From: Eledone cirrhosa
Lineage: Eukaryota
Direction: 5' to 3'
NCBI GenBank assembly: GCA_964016885.1
Contig: OZ024740.1
Span: 339,760,001 to 339,824,000, forward strand
Length of the DNA: 64,000 bases
Positions 56,096 to 64,000 of the stretch are shown here, piece after piece. The translations under genes were made by a program, and so were the position numbers. The first letter of the stretch is position 1. Every line of letters begins with the position of its first letter. The notes under the pieces are model-generated. The model was not told the DNA's origin. It worked only from the letters and a program-made list of their open reading frames with translations, and made no database searches.

Positions 56096-58444
56096 GACAT
56101 AGAATTTCAGCAATATTTCAGAACACATGGTGCATGGCTGTGTGATTTAAATAATTATGTCACATCTCTGTAATTCTCAGTTTGATCCCACTGCATGGTA
56201 CTCTGGGCAAGAATGTGATACCATAGCCTTGGATAGATCAATTCCTTATGTGTGTAATCCTTGTGTGGTAGACAGAAACTGTCTACCACACACATATATG
56301 TGAAAAGTGGATGTTAAACGGTGATGATGATATATATATATATCATTTACGAAAATCGTTGATATTATTTCATCAATCTAGCCATGACTCACCCACTAAA
56401 TCAATCTATAAGATTGCATCCCGTTGTTCAGAGTTCACACATTTTAGTTAATAGCAAGTGCAGTGGCTGTGTTTTGGTACAGATATGTTATGCACCTTTG
56501 TTGTGTCACTAACACAACAAAGGTGTCCAGTCCACACTGTAAAGAACATCCAGCCCACACTGTAACGTGATCGTGTAGGTGTCACAGAAAAAAGCACTCG
56601 GCACACACTATAAATGTGGTTTGCATTAGGAAAGGCATCCAGCCATAGAAAACCAGCCCCATAACACCCAACCCACACTGTAAAGTGGACGTGTAAAAGA
56701 TGTAGCAAAAAGCACCCAGCACACACTGTCAATGTGGTTGGCATTAGGAAGGGTATCCAGCCATAGAAAACCAGCCAGAAACTCTCCTATATGAGCGAGA
56801 CATGGTCACCTGACCCAACTTGCCTCTAAATGGGACAAACCCATCTAACCCATGCTAGCATGAAAGATAGATGTTAATTGGCGATGATGATGTATCTATA
56901 GTTCAAGATAAGAAATTTGAGTAGCATGTGTGTGTATGTGTATGTTGTTTGTGTGTATATGCATATGTTTTTCTGTGTGAGGGTGTATATCTTGGTGGGT
57001 GTTATCAGCATCTGATTGTCTGAGTAAGTTCGTGTGTATTATTAATGTGTCTATGTGTGTGTTTATGTGGGCTTGTATAAGTGTGTGTCTGTACCTCTGT
57101 ATGTGTGTCCCAAGTGAGAAGAACCTGTATTGTAAAGTTTCTGTAGTTGAGTTGGGAATGTATTCCAGTGTTGAGAAAAAGGTTTTTGTAGTGGTCATGA
57201 TCAGTTGAGAAAACTATGTGGTAGCTGGTGATCGAATATAAGGAGAAATAATTGGGGGTGGGTGGATGTGTGTATTTTATTCTGGATGAAGACAACAGTG
57301 TTTCAATACAATAGGTTTCACTGACAGAATTCAAAAGAGTTTAAAAGAATTAAGGAATTCAAAATATTGTCCTTGCAGAGCAGTTTGAGGTGAGATGTAT
57401 ATGTTTTGTTCGTGTGTGTTGGAATAATGTATGTTTTGTTAGTGATGGTGTGTGTATGTTTGTGTGTGTGTTGGAGTGGTCTATGTTTTGTTAGTGATGG
57501 TGTGTGTGTGTTGAAGTGGTGTATACATTGTAAGTGATGATGTGTGTGTATGTGTTTGTGTGTATGTGTGTTGGAGTGGTGCATGTTTTGTTAGTGATAG
57601 TGTATGTGTGTGTGTTTGTATATGAGTGTGTATGGGTGTGTGCTTGATGGGATATGTGTTTTGTCTATGTGTGTGTATATCTAGTTTGGTCTTTGTTTGT
57701 GTTTTTGTGAGTGCTTTTTTGGTGTTTTCTATTTTTTCTGTTTGTGTGTATGTGCAGCAATGTGTGTAGAAGTGGTGTATGTTTAGTTCCTAAAGGTGTG
57801 TGTATGTTTAGGTCTGTATCTGTTAGATTGAGTGTGTGTGTGTTTCCATGTGTATATTCTTAGTGGCATATGACTGTATGTTGTTTGTGTGTATGTTGTA
57901 TGTGTATGTGTGTGTATGAGTTTGTGTGAATATGCATGTGCATTTATAGATGGGTGTGTGATTGGTTGTGTTTGTGGGTTTTATCAGTGTGTGTGTATGT
58001 GGTGTCTGAATGAGTCTCTGTGTGTTATTCATATGTATGTGTCTGTCAATATATGTGTGGATGTGTGTGTATACCATATAGGAGATCCTGGAGTGGTATA
58101 TATTTTGTTTGAGAATGTGTGTTTGTGTATGCGTCTGGGTGTATTATTAGTATGTGTGTGTGTGTGCTTCAGTTCATATGTGTATGTATGTATGCATGTG
58201 GTTCAGTCTGTATGTGTGTGTGGTTCAGTCCATATGTGTATTTGTGTATATTGCCAATGGGTATGTGTTTTTGCATGTGTGTGTTGTACATGTGTGGTTA
58301 TGCATGTGCATGCTTGATCTATGTATTGTGATTTAGGTTGTATCGGTATGTGTGTGTGTTCATGTGTGTGTGTGTACCTATGTGCATGTTTAGATGTGTG
58401 TTAATGAATCTATATGTGTGTGAGTAGGTGTGTTGGTAAATGTT

Positions 58445-58720
58445 TCCATGTAGCACTGGGGATAGTCCATGTGATAGAGCCTGCAGATGAGATTTGTGAA
58501 GGTGCAGCAGAAGGGTTCCCTAATTTGGAAGGAGTGGCTGTTGGGTCCAGTGAGAGTGGTGGTATTGATGCTTAAAATCAGAAAGACATCAGCTTGCCTA
58601 AGAAAGGAGCCACATGAGTTGGGGTGGTTATTGCTGCAGGTATCACTGGCCATTCTCCATGGCAATGCATTTTCTCCATGGGGCACAGCTGGAATATACT
58701 GCTCAGACCGGTGTGTAGAG
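58445..58720 (-). mobile_element. Degenerate Penelope-like (Neptune-type) linker/EN fragment
   Basis: INTTTLTGPNSHSFQIREPFCCTFTNLI resembles the ITGP..F.I...FTC.S.NLIY sequence that precedes PLE GIY-YIG domains. Confidence 0.4.
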
Positions 58721-58939
58721 TTTGCTGCTCCCTCCCTTTTTTCTTCTATTGCTAAATTTCTTTTTCCTTTTTCTTTTTTTTCTCTTGCGTTTCCTTCTAG
58801 CCATCTATATTGTATAGTTTTTATCACATTTTCTCTTTAGTTTCATCTATTGAAAATGGACATAAACTACAGCTAAAAAAAGGGAAAAAAAGAATAGGAA
58901 GAAAAATTTCTAGAAAAATTTCTAGATAATCACAGCTGG

Positions 58940-59119
58940 TACAACTTTGATTCGTATGTCTGCTGGATCAGAGTGACTTTGAGCTCAACAAAAACAAACA
59001 ACTTTGATTTGTAAGTCTGCTGGATCAGAGTGACTTTGAGCTCAACAAAAATAAACAACTTTGATTCGTACGTCTGCTGGATCAGAGCTGACTTTGAGCT
59101 CAACAAAAACAAACAACTC
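58940..59119. repeat. 58-bp tandem repeat (3 units)
   Basis: ACAACTTTGATT..GTCTGCTGGATCAGAGTGACTTTGAGCTCAACAAAAACAA, resembling the 3' end of the (AAC)n-tailed repeat. Confidence 0.85.
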
Positions 59120-60677
59120 TTATTTTGTAATCTTATAGAATAACCCTTCTATCATAAATCATGTTAAAAAGTTTAAAAAATAAAATCTCAAGGAGTACTC
59201 TTCTTTTGTGTTCATAAATATCAGCTTCTCTACAATAAACTACTTGCATCTCTCTCACATTGATCATTACTGTTTATTCTATTTAAGTTACAAAGTAGAC
59301 TGTTAGCAATTTTCAGTCATTTAGAGTTCAATTACGTAAGCAGTGCATCATTAAATGATTAGATCAACATGCATCTGGTTAGAGCAACGAGGCTATTTGT
59401 TGCATTGTTTTAACACACAACCCCCTGGTGTGCTGTTTTTAACCAGTAAAACAAACAAAACAACAGATTTGTGAATTCCATCAGAGAATTCTCATAGGAT
59501 ACACAGCAAATGTGTGTACTCCTTTTCTTTTTATTTTCAAGATCCTCAAGCAAGTAACATTGAATGTGTAATATTTAAGCTATACCTTACACAAGACCAC
59601 TTGCTGCCAACTGTAGCTAAACCAGCTTCCATTGGTGAATACAATGATACCGATGAAAGGAGTTTTTCATTCAAATTCTTTATACTTATTCCTCCTATTC
59701 TTCTAGTTCATTACTGCTATTTTCTCGAATCCGATACAGCGTCTATATATATATGTGTGTGTGTGCAACAGTTTACTTAACGGCCAACAGTATACTTGTA
59801 TTGCTCTTGTTTTCATGTGAACGTGTATGTTTTTGTGTAAAGTGTTGGTATGTGCCTGTGGTGTGCATGTGTGTGTGTGTATGTATATATATAAGTATGT
59901 TAAAAATAATGCTAACAAGAAATGGAAAAATAATATACACAATACCAAAAATAGGACAAAAAACATAACGAAACTAAGTATAATATATCACGACCAAAAA
60001 TTCATCAAGCAAACACCAACAGGAATATAAATCCTGACCAGAGAAAAATCCATTTTTTTAACGTCAGGACAACAAAAGCTGGAAAAAGTAAAACTTCAGG
60101 AGGAAACATACCTAAAACAATTGAACATGTAGATCCTAAAATAATTAATTTATCCAAAAGAGATCTTGACAATGATGAAATGCAAATTCTGTCAAAAGGA
60201 CTGAAATTCATACTGACTCCAACAGTCAACCACCAAGAACTAAAGGAGGATACCCAAGAATTCTGTCGTAAATTACGACTTGTAGAATTCTTCGCTGATA
60301 AAAGTAATGAGAGTGATGAATCACTAGTAAAGAATAAATCAAATTTCACTCCGCCAAAAGGAAGAAATATCTATCTCGAGCAATACCTTGATATCCTGTC
60401 TAAATTTCCTCTTAGACATAATACTAATGTTAGGCCAAACATTAACAAATCGGAAATGTCTGCACTTAAACGTATACAAAATGATAAAACAATAATAATT
60501 AAACAAGCAGATAAAGGGGGTGCAATTGTTATAATGGATGATGAATACTACAAAGATTTGGTTGAGGAACAACTGAAAGACACAACATTCTACCATGAAA
60601 TACTGTCAAATATAGACCACAACATTATGAAGATCAATAACCTGGCTTCAAAATACTACAACTCACTTACTGATAAT

Positions 60678-60849
60678 TGTTTCTACTTTAGGCACAAGGC
60701 CAGCAATTGCCCAGTACATTACTTGTACTTTATTTTATCGACCCCGTAAGGATGAAAGGCAAAGTTAACCTCGGCGTGATTTGAACTCAGACTGTAAAGG
60801 GACGTAACTATGCTAGAAAGCATGGCGTCCAACCCTCTACTGATACTAC
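60678..60849 (-). mobile_element. SINE (CATCCTT..GGGGTCGATAAAATAAAGTAC family) inserted in the Penelope-like ORF
   Basis: Homologous to 45318-45505. 8-bp TSD CTGATAAT at 60670-60677 and 60850-60857. Removing it (180 bp) restores the frame NSLT-DNERDY. Confidence 0.9.
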
Positions 60850-62744
60850 CTGATAATGAAAGAGACTACATCACCAATGTTGAGCCAAAACCCAGCAACT
60901 TTTATGGCTTACCGAAAATTCATAAGTCAAAAGAAATCCAACTGGCAGTAAAAGAACAAAAAAGTGAGTACAACAAATTACTACATCCAAAAGACTTAAA
61001 ACTTAGACCTATTATAGCTGGTCCAACATGCCCTACCCACCGTCTAAGCAATTTTGTTGACATTATTTTGAAACCACTATGTATTCACATACCCAGTTTC
61101 ATCTGGGATGATATCGACTTCCTGTCCCATCTTCACAAAACCACGGAAACGAATTCACTTCTACTTAGTTTTGATGTGGTAAACCTTTACACCAACATTA
61201 CACTTGATTTAGGAATAAAGGCGGTTAAACACTGGATGGAAAAACATAGAGAAGTGATTCCCACCAGATTCACAGCGCCATTTATATTAGGCGCAGTCAA
61301 ACTTATTCTGGAAAACAACACTTTCTTCTTCAATGGAAAGAATTACATCCAAATTAGAGGCACAGCGATGGGAACGAAGTTTGCTCCCGTTTACGCGAAC
61401 AACTCTACCAAGAAATAGAGGAAAAATATAGCACTGACTTTAGAAAGTACATTGAACAATGTTGGAAGAGATACCTTGACGACTGTTTCATCATCTGGAC
61501 AGAATCTCTAGATACTCTGGATGAGTTCAATATCCTCCTGAATAACCTACACCCATCTCTCCAAACCACAAAAGAGATGAGTAGTACCAAATTACTATTC
61601 CTAAATATGGTAATCAAAAACGACACCACCATTACCACGGATATATATTATAAACACACAGACACCCATCAATATCTGAATTTTCAGTCGTGCCATCCAT
61701 CTCATACAAAACGCAACATCCCATACTGCCTAGCCAGAAGAATTTGTACCATTGTAGAAGATACGAATACCAGGAACAAACGCCTAACAGAACTGAGAGA
61801 ATTTTTGCTCAAACAAAAATACCCATCTCTACTTATAGAAAATGGCATACAGTGGGCTATAAAAATACCTATACAACAACTTAGGACAACCAAGGAAGAA
61901 GAAACCAAGAACTGGTCATACCATTTAAAATGACACACAACCCATTTCACCAGAATATCTTCAACACTGCCAAAGCAAACCTACCGATCATTGCTCAAAG
62001 TAATGAATTAAAAGGCTTAATCACAGACCGATCTTTGATTCTTAGTAAAAGACAGCCGAAAAATTTGAAGCAATTACTAACAAAAGCAAAGTTTGACCTT
62101 AACAACAAAGACCAATCATTCACTGTATCTAAATGCAATGATAGTCGATGTGGCACATGTCATTCCATACACAACGGTCAATATATGAACACAAAAACTG
62201 GAAAAATATTCCAAATGCAAATATGAACGGCAAAAGCAGAAATCTAATTTACTGCATTAAATGCCCAAATTGTGAAGAACTATATGTTGGTCAAACTGGA
62301 AATGCACTATCAGAACGTGCACGGGTACACCGACAGCAAATCAGAGACCCAAATGTCCGTCAGATACCCCTGAGTAACAATCTAGCAACATGTGGTCAGA
62401 GAATATTTATATTTCCATTCTACAAATTACACAGCCCAAGTGAAATCAAGAGAAAAATCAAAGAAAAGAATTTTATTGATAAATTCCAACCCAATAATGG
62501 GGTATTACTTCTACTATGACTACGCCTACGACCATGTCGACTACCACCACTATCAACAACAACAACAATAATAATAATAAAAGTGATGTTGATGGTGATT
62601 TTTTATAAAAACCCTAGAAAAGATTTTTTATAAAAGATTTTTTATAAAAACCCTAGAAAATGCTATTTTCATCATTTCTAAAAATAGCAAAACAATCGAT
62701 GCTTTGGATAGGGTCAAATAGAAGTCATTAGACATTCTCAACCA

Positions 62745-62860
62745 ACCGTGACGCCTAAACCAATCAGCTTTAGTAATTTAGTGAAACCACACACCGATTG
62801 GTTGAAATACAGTTTGCAAAACGTAGCATTCTGTAGCCCCTTTTTACTGTATATAAGGCA
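62745..62860 (+). promoter_or_regulatory. Putative pLTR promoter of the Penelope-like element
   Basis: TGACG at ~62748, CCAAT at 62760-62764, ATTGG at 62797-62801 and TATATAA at 62850-62856, all downstream of the EN domain where PLE pLTRs lie. Confidence 0.4.
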
Positions 62861-62989
62861 CAGATTTTAGCCATCTCATTACAGTTTAAAATTGCAAACG
62901 AGTAAACCAGACAAAGTTGGAATTCCTTTTATTAATATAATCTTCTATACACACTCATACACACCCGTGTATATTTATTTATATCTATA

Positions 62990-63024
<35 letters not shown>

Positions 63025-63181
63025 GCATGTGTATGTATTTGCCAACTTGTGTTTTTCCACACTAGTGTATGTGGTTTATTTATACGCCCTAGCTTGTAAT
63101 GTATGTATCCACTAGTGTCTGTGTGCTTACTAGAATCTGTATATATGTGCCTATATATAAATATATATATATATAAAGTGT

Positions 63182-63513
63182 ATCATCATCATCATCATCA
63201 TTTTTACGTCCGCTTTTCCCTGCTTGCAAGGGTGGGACGGGAACTGATTCTAGCTTGATTTCTACAGCTGAATGCCCTTCCTAACACCAACCTCATTTAC
63301 AGTGAGTGCTGGGTGCTTTTTTTCCGTGGCGCCTACACGTCCACTTTGCAGTGGAATGATAGGGACCCCAGCCCCTATCATCTCATTTCTACAGCTGAGT
63401 AAACTGGAGCAATGTGAAATAAAGTGTCTTGCTCAAGGAAACAACACATCACCCAATCTGAGAATTGAACTCACAATCTTTTGATTGCAAGGCCAATGCT
63501 CTAACGACTAAGC

Positions 63514-63519
<6 letters not shown>
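63182..63519 (-). mobile_element. SINE, same family as 42498-42835
   Basis: Highly similar reverse-complement copy lying between (TA)n and (GT)n. Confidence 0.88.

Positions 63520-63563
<44 letters not shown>
63516..63563. repeat. (GT)n microsatellite
   Basis: Read directly from the sequence. Confidence 0.95.
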
Positions 63564-63566
<3 letters not shown>

Positions 63567-64000
63567 ATATATTTATGAATTAATATATTTGTATAAGTAT
63601 GATGTATGTTACATCTGTTTCTGTGTATGTATGGTAAAGCGTAATAAAGTGAGAGAGAGAGTAATATATGGTTGTTAAATCCAATTTTCCTCTCTATATA
63701 TACTATCCTATAGTCGACGATAACAACTGAAAGTAAATCTAGTTCCTATCATAGATCACATTAAACTATAGCAGATAGAAGAACACAGCTTATCTCTAAC
63801 CAATCCTTCTATATTCTTATTAGATTCCTGCAACTTTCAACTGTCGATTGTTTCAACTGATAATTGCGAACAAGATGTCATGTTATCAGTGACTGTGCAA
63901 TTGGCTACTTTCTGAAGTGACAAAGCTCTCTATAACACTTTCCCCTAATGTTCTCTAGAGAGTATTGTCACTTTACAAAATTTCTCTCTTACATTCCATC

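Larger units (their letters stand above)
59920..62985 (+). mobile_element. Penelope-like retroelement (probably Naiad-type), near full length, inactivated
   Basis: N-terminal IINLS..LSKGLKF and KQADKGGAIVIMD. RT motifs FYGLPKIHK, LRPIIAGP, SFDVVNLYTNI, GTAMGTKFAP and WKRYLDDCF (~61460-61490). Thumb YKHTDTHQYL..SCHP, linker CNDSRCGTC, and GIY-YIG LIYCIKCPNCEELYVGQT..R..H. Broken by frameshifts and a SINE insertion; ends at a (TA)n tract. Boundaries approximate. Confidence 0.92.

Overview
AT-rich, repeat-saturated animal genomic DNA. The SINE, RTE-LINE and microsatellite landscape looks like an octopus or other cephalopod genome (from recall, not searched). Only one host exon is supportable: a 172-bp + strand exon (31178-31349) encoding an LDL-receptor class B (YWTD) beta-propeller segment of an LRP/LDLR-family gene. 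It is missing from the ORF track, and the rest of the window appears to be its flanking introns. Those introns hold a near-complete but inactivated Penelope-like element (probably Naiad-type; RT plus GIY-YIG), two 5'-truncated RTE LINEs (one with a PHD-like finger inside the RT), an internally deleted mariner with ~103-bp inverted ends, and several tRNA-derived SINE families, some with perfect TSDs. There are also piggyBac-, Tc1- and hAT-type MITEs (some nested), several minisatellites and many microsatellites. Most ORF-track entries are repeat artefacts. The best leads are a 34-bp minisatellite with 18 perfect AP-1 sites, two variant-core hammerhead-ribozyme-like motifs, a shared ATTAT target for one SINE family, and (TA)n targeting by (GAT)n-tailed elements. 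I found no clear-cut new multi-gene system.
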